Below, in pieces: positions 7,617-16,682 of a stretch of DNA of 64,000 nucleotides. Numbering within the stretch: the stretch's first letter is position 1; each line of letters opens with the position of its first letter. Position numbers and translations under genes: made by a program. Source of the DNA: a virus; the IMG/VR virus record IMGVR_UViG_3300028558_000022, positions 1 to 64,000 of that record; one strand, 5' to 3'. The notes beneath the pieces are model-generated. The model had not been told where the DNA came from and made no database searches. It saw only the letters and a program-made list of their open reading frames with translations.

Positions 7617-7864
7617 TCGCTTCGGCAAAGGTCGTCGGTATTAAAGAGATGACCCTAACGCCGACAGTCGAAGCACCCGATCCCAAGACGGTCGCGGCGT
7701 CTGAGTTACGAATTGAACCAAAGAATCACCCGGACCCAAGGATCAAACCGCACGGGACAATATGGGTTGCCCAGCTACTCCCTTACGGCGTGACGTTCGA
7801 TCTCGTACTTCGCGATCAGAACATGGTTCAGGAGCCAGCCGGGAGAAAGCTCCAAGATGAGTGA
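7601..7864 (+). CDS. hypothetical protein, paralog 1 of 3; C-terminus AGRKLQDE
   Basis: Shares the LPYG-x-TF-x-L-x-LR pattern with the next two ORFs. Confidence 0.75.
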   Translation: MADIIIASAKVVGIKEMTLTPTVEAPDPKTVAASELRIEPKNHPDPRIKPHGTIWVAQLLPYGVTFDLVLRDQNMVQEPAGRKLQDE

Positions 7865-8132
7865 AGAGATCAAAGTAGGCGAGTGCCGGATCATCAAGGT
7901 CGAAGAGGTCACTGCAAAAGGCGTGACGTTCACTCTGTCGTCCCTCGACTTCAGCGAAGTTGGCGCCTTATATCCTGCCGATGCCTTTCAGGGCGGTTAT
8001 GACAGCTCTCCTCTACGCAAATTGAAGATGAAGGCCGAGATTCCTTATGGGAAGACATTCGAGATCATTCTTCGCGAAAAGGAAAAGACGGTAGGCGGTA
8101 GTGGCGCTCGAAGGATACGTACCGATGAGTGA
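7857..8132 (+). CDS. hypothetical protein, paralog 2 of 3; C-terminus GARRIRTDE
   Basis: IPYGKTFEIILRE; translationally coupled. Confidence 0.75.
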   Translation: MSEEIKVGECRIIKVEEVTAKGVTFTLSSLDFSEVGALYPADAFQGGYDSSPLRKLKMKAEIPYGKTFEIILREKEKTVGGSGARRIRTDE

Positions 8133-8424
8133 TGAGGTTGTGATTGGGAAAGGTGTCGTAGCCTCTATAGCCGGTTCATACGGCCAAGACATGACGCTGG
8201 ATGTAAATAGAGTGACGAGTTACATACAGTTTGGCGGGAACCTCAACGATAAGATCGCGTTCACAAAGAGTTACGACGGTCAGGATCGGCTTTTGGGAAT
8301 GACCTTTCCCGGAAAGCTGGAGTTCGGTGAGGAATACGAGATCATCGCGCGTCGAGTGAAGAAGAACGTCCCGGAAGTCGGACAGCCATCCGGCCCGCGC
8401 ATGTTCAAAGAGGAATCGGAATGA
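8125..8424 (+). CDS. hypothetical protein, paralog 3 of 3; C-terminus GPRMFKEESE
   Basis: LEFGEEYEIIARR; start taken at ATG 8125. Confidence 0.75.
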   Translation: MSDEVVIGKGVVASIAGSYGQDMTLDVNRVTSYIQFGGNLNDKIAFTKSYDGQDRLLGMTFPGKLEFGEEYEIIARRVKKNVPEVGQPSGPRMFKEESE

Positions 8425-8993
8425 TTTGGTTTACGAGTGACGAACACTTTGGGCACAGGAACATCATCAAGTTCTGCAAGCGCCCTTTTACTGACCTTCG
8501 CGACATGCGGGATCAGATGATCGGTCGTTTCAACTTTTCTGTAGGCAAGGACGACACGACGTATCATCTCGGTGATATGTTTTGGCGGACGCTGGACGCG
8601 GAGTCGGCTATCTCCATTCTCAGGGAGTTGAATGGGAAGCACTACTACATTCGCGGTAATCACGAAGAGGTTTTGGACAACCATGATTCGGTGCGCTTCG
8701 CGTTCCACGGCGTTTATGATCGACTCCTGATCGAACCGCCGAACGGTCCGAGATACGGGATAGTTCTCGATCACTTCGCTGGTCGCGTGTGGCATCACAG
8801 CGACAAGGGTTCGTGGCAACTGTACGGGCACTCGCACGGAGAGCTGCCGGACGATCACAGCCTGTTGTCAATGGATGTCGGCGTAGACGCGCACAACTGG
8901 TACCCTCAGTCGCTCGACACGATTCGCGAACTGATGGGACGAAAGATCAAGTGGATGCAGAGGAGAATCGACTCCTTTCAGCCAAAGGCTTAG
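8421..8993 (+). CDS. calcineurin-like metallophosphoesterase
   Basis: DEHFGH, LGD, GNHE, GHSH and DVGVD motifs. Confidence 0.9.
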   Translation: MIWFTSDEHFGHRNIIKFCKRPFTDLRDMRDQMIGRFNFSVGKDDTTYHLGDMFWRTLDAESAISILRELNGKHYYIRGNHEEVLDNHDSVRFAFHGVYDRLLIEPPNGPRYGIVLDHFAGRVWHHSDKGSWQLYGHSHGELPDDHSLLSMDVGVDAHNWYPQSLDTIRELMGRKIKWMQRRIDSFQPKA

Positions 8994-9014
8994 TCACGGG
9001 GAGGCGGCGGACAA

Positions 9015-9956
9015 ATGGGGGAAATCTTAGTCGCCTCCCCTGAGGCGGTTGACGCTTACAAGACCTACCTGTACCGGCAAGGCCATACGGCGCTGGCGAA
9101 CAGCATTCATCCGGGCGAGCTGATTCCGACATATCAAATTGAGCAGCATATCAACGTAACTATCGCGTCGATCACGATTCTCAAAGAATTTGGGATGTCG
9201 CGCGGGGCTGAAGAGGCGAAGCTCGCCGGTCTGAAGAAGTTGCTGGAAGGTGTTGCCGGAAAGCGAACGCCGAGTAAGGAAGAAGAGGCACTCAAGGCTA
9301 AAGAGGCTGCGCTTCTGAAAAAGCTCAATGCCGACGCTCTCGCCGCGATGAAGGCGGTCAACAATAGCAAGACGGTAAAGGCAATCGAGTTAGCCAAGGC
9401 TCAGGCAGCCGCTCTATGGGAGAAGTACAACCCGGACCCTGACGCCAAGGCCGACGCGAAAGCTAAGGCAGCGGCATCAGATTTGATGGACAAGTTCGGG
9501 AACACTATAGCTGATCCTCAGAAGATCATTGGTAGCTACTTCAATAAACAGTTCGTACAAAACCTTAAAGCTCAAACGCCGCTTGGCAACAAGAACCCGA
9601 TCTTAATGGTGAAGCCGGGCACAATGGTCCCGGTCGAAAAGAAGGGCGGTCTCGCTTCGATTGCTGCCCTTCAAGTCGGGCGCTCAAAGATCGAGCAAGA
9701 GTTCATCATGCGGATCGGCATGGTATCAGACATGAACGTCGTGATCGAGCAGTACCGCTCTACGGGATGGGACACTGTTCGGCTTCTCTGTAAGAGATGC
9801 AGCGCGGTCCACGTATTTAGCGACGCCGCTTTTCTGGCCGGGGCCACTCAACTGACAGACGAAGCGGAGAAGTTTTGTAAGGCACATCGACACGAAGCAC
9901 CAAAGCCGGTCGTTGAGGCGCCGGTCGGCGGGCGCAAGTTCCGGGAGGATGATTGA
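9015..9956 (+). CDS. hypothetical protein with CxxC; C-terminus GGRKFREDD
   Basis: 313-aa ORF with GGAGG RBS. Confidence 0.75.
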   Translation: MGEILVASPEAVDAYKTYLYRQGHTALANSIHPGELIPTYQIEQHINVTIASITILKEFGMSRGAEEAKLAGLKKLLEGVAGKRTPSKEEEALKAKEAALLKKLNADALAAMKAVNNSKTVKAIELAKAQAAALWEKYNPDPDAKADAKAKAAASDLMDKFGNTIADPQKIIGSYFNKQFVQNLKAQTPLGNKNPILMVKPGTMVPVEKKGGLASIAALQVGRSKIEQEFIMRIGMVSDMNVVIEQYRSTGWDTVRLLCKRCSAVHVFSDAAFLAGATQLTDEAEKFCKAHRHEAPKPVVEAPVGGRKFREDD

Positions 9957-10321
9957 GAAAAGTATGGACACTAATTTTGATCGCGATCTTGTCCTGTCCG
10001 GGATATGCGAAGCCGAAACCGGCGACGAACTCACAAAGAGTTCGTGCTTCGTTTTATGCGGAGAAGTTTGAAGGGCGCCGGATGGCGAACGGCGAGCGGT
10101 TCCATGAAGACGTGATGACCGCCGCGAGCCGGGCGTTCCCGCTGGGGACGATCCTGCATGTGACGAACGTCGCGACCGGCGATTCGGTCGATGTTGAAGT
10201 CACGGATCGCGGCCCGTGGGACAAGCGGTACGGTCTCGATCTCAGCCGGTCCGCATTCTTGGCGCTCGGGTTCAAATCCCGTCAGGGGTGGGGATGGGTG
10301 ACGGTTAAAAAGGTGAGCTGA
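9953..10321 (+). CDS. rlpA: RlpA-like double-psi beta-barrel lytic transglycosylase
   Basis: Signal peptide; ASFY..GRRMANGE..MTAA..PLGT..V.VTDRGP..DLSRSAF. Confidence 0.9.
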   Translation: MRKVWTLILIAILSCPGYAKPKPATNSQRVRASFYAEKFEGRRMANGERFHEDVMTAASRAFPLGTILHVTNVATGDSVDVEVTDRGPWDKRYGLDLSRSAFLALGFKSRQGWGWVTVKKVS

Positions 10322-10510
10322 TGCCGAAGTACGGACTAAGCTCTTGCGAGAATCACGGTGAGGCCGTCGTTGCGTACCCTGTGTAACAAAGTCTTGATAC
10401 ATCACACGGACCTCGGTACACCGCTGCCCGCGCCCGTGAAGCTAGTTAAGACCCCCTCTCCCAAGGTCTCCGTGACTCCCAAGGGCCGTTTGTTCCGGGA
10501 AAACGAGTAG
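10321..10510 (+). pseudogene. small, probably frameshifted gene; downstream frame ends PKGRLFRENE
   Basis: The coupled ATG at 10321 gives only 21 aa. The +1 frame (GTG 10358 to TAG 10510) carries the C-terminal motif. Confidence 0.45.
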
Positions 10511-10856
10511 ACAACCCCTTCGCTGCGCTCAGATTTCCCTTTTCCAGAGACCCCACCCGCAAATACCCCACCAACTCATCTACAAAGTCCTACCTACAAA
10601 CTCTTTTCTATAAGTCCCCCGTATCTGTACGGACAAGGGACTGACCCCCTATTCACAAATGATTGATTCTAAAAAGGGCCGGGACTCCTAAGGGACTCCT
10701 AGCTCTTTTTTATTTGTACGGCTAACTACTGACCGGCTGCGGGCGTGTGCTGGCCGCGTCAGCCTCAGCTCGCGAGCGCACCCACCGGGGACTCCCCGGC
10801 CCCCGTCCGGGGCAGGGTTGGTTAGGGACGTTACGCTGAATCTAAAGGGGTTATAC

Positions 10857-10923
10857 TCGCGAAGCGAATACATCGGCGGAGCTGTACACCCCGGACCGGA
10901 TCGCATCGCGAAGCGAATACAAC
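10857..10923 (+). repeat. 16-bp direct repeat TCGCGAAGCGAATACA
   Basis: Copies start at 10857 and 10906; an inverted copy lies at 18989-19006. Confidence 0.85.
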
Positions 10924-11139
10924 GGCGCTCGCCGTATGTTATTGATTTTAAGCCGGATGGTCACCATGTCCGCAATATCATGTAATGCGGACAATGTTAC
11001 GACGCGTAACACTACACGCTGTAACGGCTGCACAGCTCACGGCCTAGCCGGGCGGTTATTCAACCCGGCCCGTTTGTTATCCGTTGCGCTTCGCTATTCG
11101 CTATGCTCCCCGTACTTAGTACGGCCCAGCGGTTACCGG

Positions 11140-11302
11140 CTTACGGTCTCACGGTCTCCGGCGTATGCTCTCAGCTCTTCCAGCTCTTACGGTCTCCGGC
11201 ATCCGGGGACGGATCGCCGGGCGTCTATACAGCGGGCGTACAGCGAACGCGGGCATCCGGCTTTATGGTCTCTTCTATTCCCCTTCTATGGTCTCAGCTC
11301 TT
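11140..11302 (+). repeat. cluster of short repeats (AYGGTCTC and CAGCTCTT)
   Basis: Five AYGGTCTC copies and three CAGCTCTT copies in ~160 non-coding nt. Confidence 0.7.
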
Positions 11303-11334
11303 ACACGGTCCGATAGAAAACGAACTGCAAAGAG

Positions 11335-11351
11335 TTTGACAAATTGTCAAA
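11335..11351. promoter_or_regulatory. perfect operator palindrome
   Basis: TTTGACAAATTGTCAAA; a TTGACA follows at 11369. Confidence 0.85.
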
Positions 11352-11433
11352 GATTCTCACAAAAGCTATTGACAACGGTTTTATTATTTGCGATTCTCTT
11401 GTCTGTAAGCAAATCCACACACGGGCGGACACA

Positions 11434-11601
11434 ATGACACGGTTTGAAAAGCTCAAGATATCGGCAAGTGTAGCGGGCGTCATTATCGGCACAATTGGCT
11501 GTATTCTCTTCCCTTGCGGTTTGCTCTCAGATAACGGCCCGGCAGCTCTAGCGGGCGGCCTAATGCTTTTAACCGGGTTCGTGTCCGCGTTTATCGACTA
11601 A
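11434..11601 (+). CDS. small two-TM membrane protein
   Basis: Start at ATG 11434; two hydrophobic segments. Confidence 0.65.
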   Translation: MTRFEKLKISASVAGVIIGTIGCILFPCGLLSDNGPAALAGGLMLLTGFVSAFID

Positions 11602-11654
11602 CACAAGCGGGCCGGGTTTACTCCGGCCCCATTCCCTTTTTGGAGGTTTTCTAA

Positions 11655-11867
11655 ATGTTCCGTATCAATTGGACAAATCACGGTTATAGCTCGCCGGATA
11701 CGTTCCACACTTTGCACGAAGCTATACAGCATGGGAAAAAACAAGCCTTTGACTTTTCCGTGTCCGATGGGTTCGGGCGCATAGCAGCGGCGGGCGGAGT
11801 TCTGAACGGCGTTCGGCTTTTCGGCGAGTACGATACGCGGGTAAACTGGCAGACCATACGGTATTAA
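11655..11867 (+). CDS. hypothetical early protein
   Basis: GGAGG RBS. Confidence 0.75.
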   Translation: MFRINWTNHGYSSPDTFHTLHEAIQHGKKQAFDFSVSDGFGRIAAAGGVLNGVRLFGEYDTRVNWQTIRY

Positions 11868-11915
11868 ACCCCGGCCCGGATCGCGGGCCGCATTCCACAA
11901 ACGGAGCTGATACAA

Positions 11916-12143
11916 ATGGCAACTTTGACAGTAAACACAATGCGGCCCAGCATAGGGCAAACCGTACTAGTACGTTTTGAATCAATCGCGGTTAAATGCA
12001 CAGTCACGGACGCTAAAAGCGCATACGGGCGCATACGTCTGGAAGTTCGGCCCGTATCGGGTACGGGGTCACAATGGGTCGAACTGGACCGGATCGCCGG
12101 GCCGGTAGAAGATGAACGGCCCGCGCGTATGTTCCGGGACTAA
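11916..12143 (+). CDS. hypothetical SH3-like beta protein; C-terminus PARMFRD
   Basis: GGAG RBS; D.K.AYGR.R..V.PV.G.G..WV. Confidence 0.75.
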   Translation: MATLTVNTMRPSIGQTVLVRFESIAVKCTVTDAKSAYGRIRLEVRPVSGTGSQWVELDRIAGPVEDERPARMFRD

Positions 12144-12181
12144 TCCGGGCGGCCCAGCTCGCCGGGCGGAGCTGAAAAAAG

Positions 12182-12235
12182 TTTGACAATTTGTCACGAA
12201 TTTTCTTGACTCGTTTTTATTATTCGCGATATTCT
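12182..12235 (+). promoter_or_regulatory. operator palindrome plus promoter
   Basis: TTTGACAATTTGTCACG, then TTGACT(12206)-18 nt-TATTCT. Confidence 0.7.
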
Positions 12236-12274
12236 CGGGTTGTAAGCAAATCCCAACTATTTGAGGTTCCCACA

Positions 12275-12610
12275 ATGGCAAACTGGACTAAGGAAACTCT
12301 CCGGCAATGGTTTCTGGACGCGGACCACGAAAACGTCAAGCATAGACTCGCGATGTCAAAAGCTCTTATGTTCCTATACGCCCGGCAAACGGCGGACGAG
12401 CAAGCGAGCGGAACCACGGCGCATGATAACGGGGCCGGGTTTTCTGGTATCGATGCGGAGTTTATGTCTAGTGTCGCGCGGGGCGTTCAGAAGTTCGGAA
12501 ACATGACGCCCGGTCAAGCCAAACACATCAAGGTCAAGCTCGCGAAGTACGCCGGGCAATTAGTAGAGTTTGCGAACCCAGCGGCCCCGGAACAAACGGC
12601 GGCGGCCTAA
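12275..12610 (+). CDS. hypothetical phage protein
   Basis: LYARQTADEQ...NGAGFSGIDAEF...KYAGQL; GAGG RBS. Confidence 0.8.
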   Translation: MANWTKETLRQWFLDADHENVKHRLAMSKALMFLYARQTADEQASGTTAHDNGAGFSGIDAEFMSSVARGVQKFGNMTPGQAKHIKVKLAKYAGQLVEFANPAAPEQTAAA

Positions 12611-12617
12611 CCCAGAT

Positions 12618-13003
12618 AGCGGGCCGGGCGCTATATCCCGGCAAATCTAAAAACGTACACAAACGGAGGTTTGTATAGTGGCATACACACGGAAAACTTT
12701 TCCCGGTCATATCATCGAAACCCGGTTTGACGAACTGGGATACTTTCACAGTACCGGCGTCCAAATCGGCGGAGCTGGACACGGGCGGCGGGTTGACAAT
12801 TGGCGGTTTGTAGATTTGTCGGACTCTTCCAGCGTTGCACAAATCGGGCCGGAGTACAAAAGCCGGGCGGAACTTCTAGCCGATTTGGACCGGTACGCGG
12901 CGGAGTACGGATGCAAGCTCGCAACCCGGCCCCGGATCGCTTCCCCGGAACCCGTCCCGGCGTACTAGTACGGCATACAGCGGGCCGGGCGCTATATCCC
13001 GGC
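12618..13003 (+). repeat. 25-bp intergenic direct repeat AGCGGGCCGGGCGCTATATCCCGGC
   Basis: Identical copies at 12618-12642 and 12979-13003, each just after a stop codon. Confidence 0.9.
12678..12968 (+). CDS. hypothetical early protein
   Basis: GGAGG RBS, GTG start. Confidence 0.7.
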   Translation: MAYTRKTFPGHIIETRFDELGYFHSTGVQIGGAGHGRRVDNWRFVDLSDSSSVAQIGPEYKSRAELLADLDRYAAEYGCKLATRPRIASPEPVPAY

Positions 13004-13175
13004 GTCAATCCCCTTCTAACGGAGTTGGACGCGTGCAAACTGAATTTAAGCCGGAATGCGAATATCAGCATAAGCAACGTAAAGCCGGAAACGAAAACCC
13101 GGATTATTGCGCGAACTGCGGGCACATCTACCGGGAACACCGGAACGGAAAATGCCCGCTTGACCTTGATTAAAC

Positions 13176-13204
13176 GCGGGCCGGATCGCAACCCGGCCCA
13201 GCTC
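13176..13204 (+). repeat. 29-bp intergenic hairpin repeat GCGGGCCGGATCGCAACCCGGCCCAGCTC, copy 1
   Basis: Identical copies at 16557-16585 and 18462-18490. Confidence 0.9.
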
Positions 13205-13223
13205 ACACACGGAGCTTGAGACA

Positions 13224-13685
13224 ATGGAACCCAATTACAAAATTGAGAGCGGAACCCATTACAAACCCAGTACGCCCGATGAGGTTATCAGGCTTTTGGA
13301 ACGGTCCCGGCATACCGGGGAACGAATCCGCATACACTACGGGGACGCCACAACGGGCCGTGATTGGCTTGAAGAATGGGATGTTACCGGGCATATTGGC
13401 CGGAGTATGGGGCCGGTAAAAATCCCCCTAATGATTGCAACGGCCCGCAGTACGGGCGGCCCCGGTATCCTTGACGATTGCATTGTAAAAATTCGTTCGA
13501 CGCGCGGCGGAGCTGTACTGTATCAGCATCCGGCATATAACGCGGGCCGGGTAACTCTTAGAGACGAACCCGGCGAGCTGTACGCGTTCAAAGTGGACCG
13601 GGACGGCGTAACCCATGCCGGATTTAGAACAGCTCGCGAGCGGGCCGCATGGGTCGCAAAAATGGGTTTGACGGTCACGGCGTAA
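13224..13685 (+). CDS. conserved hypothetical MGE protein
   Basis: YGD..TGRDWLEE.DV.G.IGRS.G..KIPL...S.GG..ILDDCIVKI. Confidence 0.8.
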   Translation: MEPNYKIESGTHYKPSTPDEVIRLLERSRHTGERIRIHYGDATTGRDWLEEWDVTGHIGRSMGPVKIPLMIATARSTGGPGILDDCIVKIRSTRGGAVLYQHPAYNAGRVTLRDEPGELYAFKVDRDGVTHAGFRTARERAAWVAKMGLTVTA

Positions 13686-13893
13686 CCCGTACCAGTACGG
13701 ACACACACACACACGGAGGTTAAAGACAATGGAACATCAGACGTTTATCCCCTATGTTCTCGCATTGGTTGACCGGGTTTTCCAAAAGTACATGACGGAA
13801 CCCGCGAACCCGGCCCAGCTCTAAAACTTTTTTCTAATTGTTTTCGGTTTTCGCTTGACTCTTGACTAAATCTCCGGCAATATCTTTTTCAGG

Positions 13894-13910
13894 TTTGACA
13901 ATTTGTCAAA
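13894..13910. promoter_or_regulatory. perfect operator palindrome
   Basis: TTTGACAATTTGTCAAA, downstream of two TTGACT hexamers. Confidence 0.85.
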
Positions 13911-13935
13911 CATTTTCAGACAAGAGGCGGACACA

Positions 13936-14115
13936 ATGCACAAATACATTGTCACCTTTGCAGGTTTTCGCGGAACCCGTGACCGGTCCGTAACAGTAAC
14001 GGCCCCGGACCCGGAAACCGCGAAATTTGACGCTATCGCAACTAACCCCGGATGGTTCGCCGTCCGGTCCGTAGAACTGGCGGCCCATGTCAATCGTTCA
14101 CAGCTTGCCGCCTAA
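13936..14115 (+). CDS. hypothetical protein ending QLAA
   Basis: GAGG RBS, ATG 13936. Confidence 0.7.
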   Translation: MHKYIVTFAGFRGTRDRSVTVTAPDPETAKFDAIATNPGWFAVRSVELAAHVNRSQLAA

Positions 14116-14269
14116 CATAGCGGCGGAGCTGGACGCGGCCCGCAAGCGTACCGGGGACACGGACGCGTTACGGATCGCGGCCCAGCGTTTACCGGCACTG
14201 TTAGCACTAACCCCGGCCCAGTTTGAACGGATCGCGGCGGAACTTCTGAAAAACAAATCTAACCTTTGA
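14087..14269 (+). CDS. hypothetical protein
   Basis: ORF track; fills the gap before the AAA gene. Confidence 0.55.
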   Translation: MSIVHSLPPNIAAELDAARKRTGDTDALRIAAQRLPALLALTPAQFERIAAELLKNKSNL

Positions 14270-14279
14270 GGTTTTGAAC

Positions 14280-15818
14280 ATGGAATTTATCGCACAATTC
14301 AAGGCGGCCCGGCGAGTAAGTACGCCTCTCGTATCTATCCGAACCTTTGACGCGAAGTCCACAACGGACGCAATACGCGCGGCACTCGGGGAAAAGCTGA
14401 AAGATAATGCTTTGATTCTCTGGGACACAATGAACGGTATGCGGGCGCTAACGGAACGCGGCGGCGAAGAGCTTGCACACATCTTACAGGGTGCGGACCC
14501 AGCGGCGAGTATGGACCTTGCGTCAACTCTGAAAATGGCGGAAAACGCCCGGACTAACGTTACTCTGTTTTTGTCCAATGCACATTTATTCGTCAAGAGT
14601 GACGAACCCGCGATAATTCAAGGCGTCTGGAACTTGCGCGATAACTTCAAGGCAAACGGAAACATGCTCGTACTGCTCTCACATCCGGGCGCATCTTTAC
14701 CGGTCGAGTTGGTTTCCGATGTTCTGGTATTGGATGAACCCCTTCCGACACGGGCGGAGCTGGGCGCAATCATCGGTAACACTTTTAAGTTTGCCAAACT
14801 CGAAACCCCGGACGCCGGAACGCTGGAAAAAGCAACTGATGCCCTCATCGGTTTACCCGCGTTCCCGGCTGAACAGTCTACCGCGATGTGTTTGGACACG
14901 AAGTCTAAGGCGCTAGACGTGGCGGAACTTTGGGCGCAAAAAAGAGAGATCATAAGCCAAACCCCCGGCCTGTCAATGTGGACGGGTTCCGAAAAGCTGG
15001 ACGATATCGGCGGCCTAGAGTCCGTCAAGGATTTTTGCTCCGCCGTTATGACCGGCAAAGACGCGCCAAAAGTCATTATCTTTTTGGACGAGGTAGAAAA
15101 GCTCTTCGCCGGTACCGGTACGGACCTATCCGGCGTCAAAACGGAACTAACCGGCGAAATGCTCAAATGGATGCAGGATCGCGAAATAGACGGAACTATT
15201 TTTATCGGGGTTCCGGGCGCATCTAAAAGCCAACTTGCAAAGTCTTTGGGCGGTTCGTTCGGCGTTCCGGTAATTCATTTTAATCTGGCAGCTATGCAAA
15301 GCTCACTAGTTGGAAGCTCGGGCGCAAATCTGCGGGCCGCCATGAAAACGGTTGACGCAATCAGTGACGGGCGTATCTTTGCGATTGCAACGTCTAACGG
15401 TATTGATTCTCTACCGGCTGAGCTTCAATCTAGATTCCAGCTCGGGACGTTTTTCTTTGATGCACCGGACGCGGAAGAGCGGGCCGCAATCTGGGATATT
15501 TACCGGAACAAATACAGCATACCGGCTGAACAAAAGACGCCGGAGTCTAACGGTTGGACCGGTCGCGAAATAAAGGAATGCACCAAAAAGGCGTACCGGC
15601 TGAACTGGACGCTAGAAAAGGCGGCCCAGTACGTTGTCCCGGTCACGAAGTCTAACGCGGAACGGATAAACGGTCTCCGGGCGGCGTGCTCGGGTAAGTA
15701 TCTATCCGCATCGAAGCCGGGCGTCTACCAGTACACGGGCGCAACGGCGGCCCCGGTCCCGTCACACACGGTCGCGCATAACACGGGCGGACGGGTTGTC
15801 CGGTTTGACGAAGAATAA
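14280..15818 (+). CDS. Ycf46-like AAA+ ATPase with swapped Walker B and Walker A segments
   Basis: Degenerate N-terminal AAA (LPVEL..LP); DIGGL; FLDEVEK precedes GVPGASKS; ATSN..LPAEL..RF; WTGREI. C-terminus GGRVVRFDEE. Confidence 0.85.
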   Translation: MEFIAQFKAARRVSTPLVSIRTFDAKSTTDAIRAALGEKLKDNALILWDTMNGMRALTERGGEELAHILQGADPAASMDLASTLKMAENARTNVTLFLSNAHLFVKSDEPAIIQGVWNLRDNFKANGNMLVLLSHPGASLPVELVSDVLVLDEPLPTRAELGAIIGNTFKFAKLETPDAGTLEKATDALIGLPAFPAEQSTAMCLDTKSKALDVAELWAQKREIISQTPGLSMWTGSEKLDDIGGLESVKDFCSAVMTGKDAPKVIIFLDEVEKLFAGTGTDLSGVKTELTGEMLKWMQDREIDGTIFIGVPGASKSQLAKSLGGSFGVPVIHFNLAAMQSSLVGSSGANLRAAMKTVDAISDGRIFAIATSNGIDSLPAELQSRFQLGTFFFDAPDAEERAAIWDIYRNKYSIPAEQKTPESNGWTGREIKECTKKAYRLNWTLEKAAQYVVPVTKSNAERINGLRAACSGKYLSASKPGVYQYTGATAAPVPSHTVAHNTGGRVVRFDEE

Positions 15819-15864
15819 TACAAAGTAATTGCATCGAATCCACAAACGGAGAATCGAAAAAAAC

Positions 15865-16305
15865 ATGAGCGCATACAGCGAAGTACAAACACAATTCACG
15901 GACGGGGAACTTCTGATAGAAGCTCTAAAAGAGCTGGGATACAACCCCGTCAACTGTATCGGCAAACCCGAACCCCTGATAGGTTATCAGGGGGATTACA
16001 GAACGGCGGACGGCGAAGGGCATACGCGCGACGCGTCAAAGGCTATGCGGGCGGACGTGATTATACCCCGGTCACAAGTGGGCGGATCTTCAAATGATGT
16101 GGGATTTGTCCGGGGTTCCGATGGGAAGTTTTCGGCGATAATCTCCGATTATGACTCGCGACGGCATAACGCGGAATGGCTTAAAAAGCTCCGCACGGCA
16201 TACGCGGAAAAAGGAATCTTGAAGCAAGCGAAGCGGGCCGGGTTGACTCTGACAGGGAAAAAGACCGTAAACGGAAAAGTTCAATTTCAATTCCTGAAAC
16301 ACTAA
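15865..16305 (+). CDS. DUF1257 (Ycf35-like) protein
   Basis: MSAYSEVQT.F.D...LIEALKELGY; L.GYQG; NDVGF; follows the Ycf46-like AAA gene. Confidence 0.8.
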   Translation: MSAYSEVQTQFTDGELLIEALKELGYNPVNCIGKPEPLIGYQGDYRTADGEGHTRDASKAMRADVIIPRSQVGGSSNDVGFVRGSDGKFSAIISDYDSRRHNAEWLKKLRTAYAEKGILKQAKRAGLTLTGKKTVNGKVQFQFLKH

Positions 16306-16356
16306 CCCGGCCCGGATCGCCGGAACCAAACACACATCCTAACGGAAGGGGGATAC

Positions 16357-16545
16357 ATGGCGGGCGCTAAAACTATCACTGTAGAGCTGGACCCGGACAC
16401 GGCGTCAATATCGGTTGACACTAACGGGTTTCAGGGTCAAGGGTGTGACGCGATTCACAAGATGTTCGCGAACATCGGGACCGTTACGGCATCGAAGAAA
16501 AAGCCGGAATACAAACAGCAAACACTAAGCCGGGTTAAACAGTAA
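16357..16545 (+). CDS. DUF2997-like protein
   Basis: I.V..D..GF.G..C...KPEY pattern in the usual AAA/DUF1257/DUF2997 order. Confidence 0.75.
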   Translation: MAGAKTITVELDPDTASISVDTNGFQGQGCDAIHKMFANIGTVTASKKKPEYKQQTLSRVKQ

Positions 16546-16556
16546 CCCGGACGCGG

Positions 16557-16585
16557 GCGGGCCGGATCGCAACCCGGCCCAGCTC
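16557..16585 (+). repeat. 29-bp intergenic hairpin repeat, copy 2
   Basis: Identical to 13176-13204. Confidence 0.9.
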
Positions 16586-16592
16586 GACAAAG

Positions 16593-16609
16593 TTTGACAA
16601 TTTGTCACA
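16593..16609. promoter_or_regulatory. operator palindrome
   Basis: TTTGACAATTTGTCACA, upstream of TTGCAT...TATTCT. Confidence 0.75.
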
Positions 16610-16682
16610 CTTTACCCTTGCATTTTTTATCGCTTTTGTTATTCTGAACGGGAACCAAATCACAAACCTTTGAGGTTAAATC

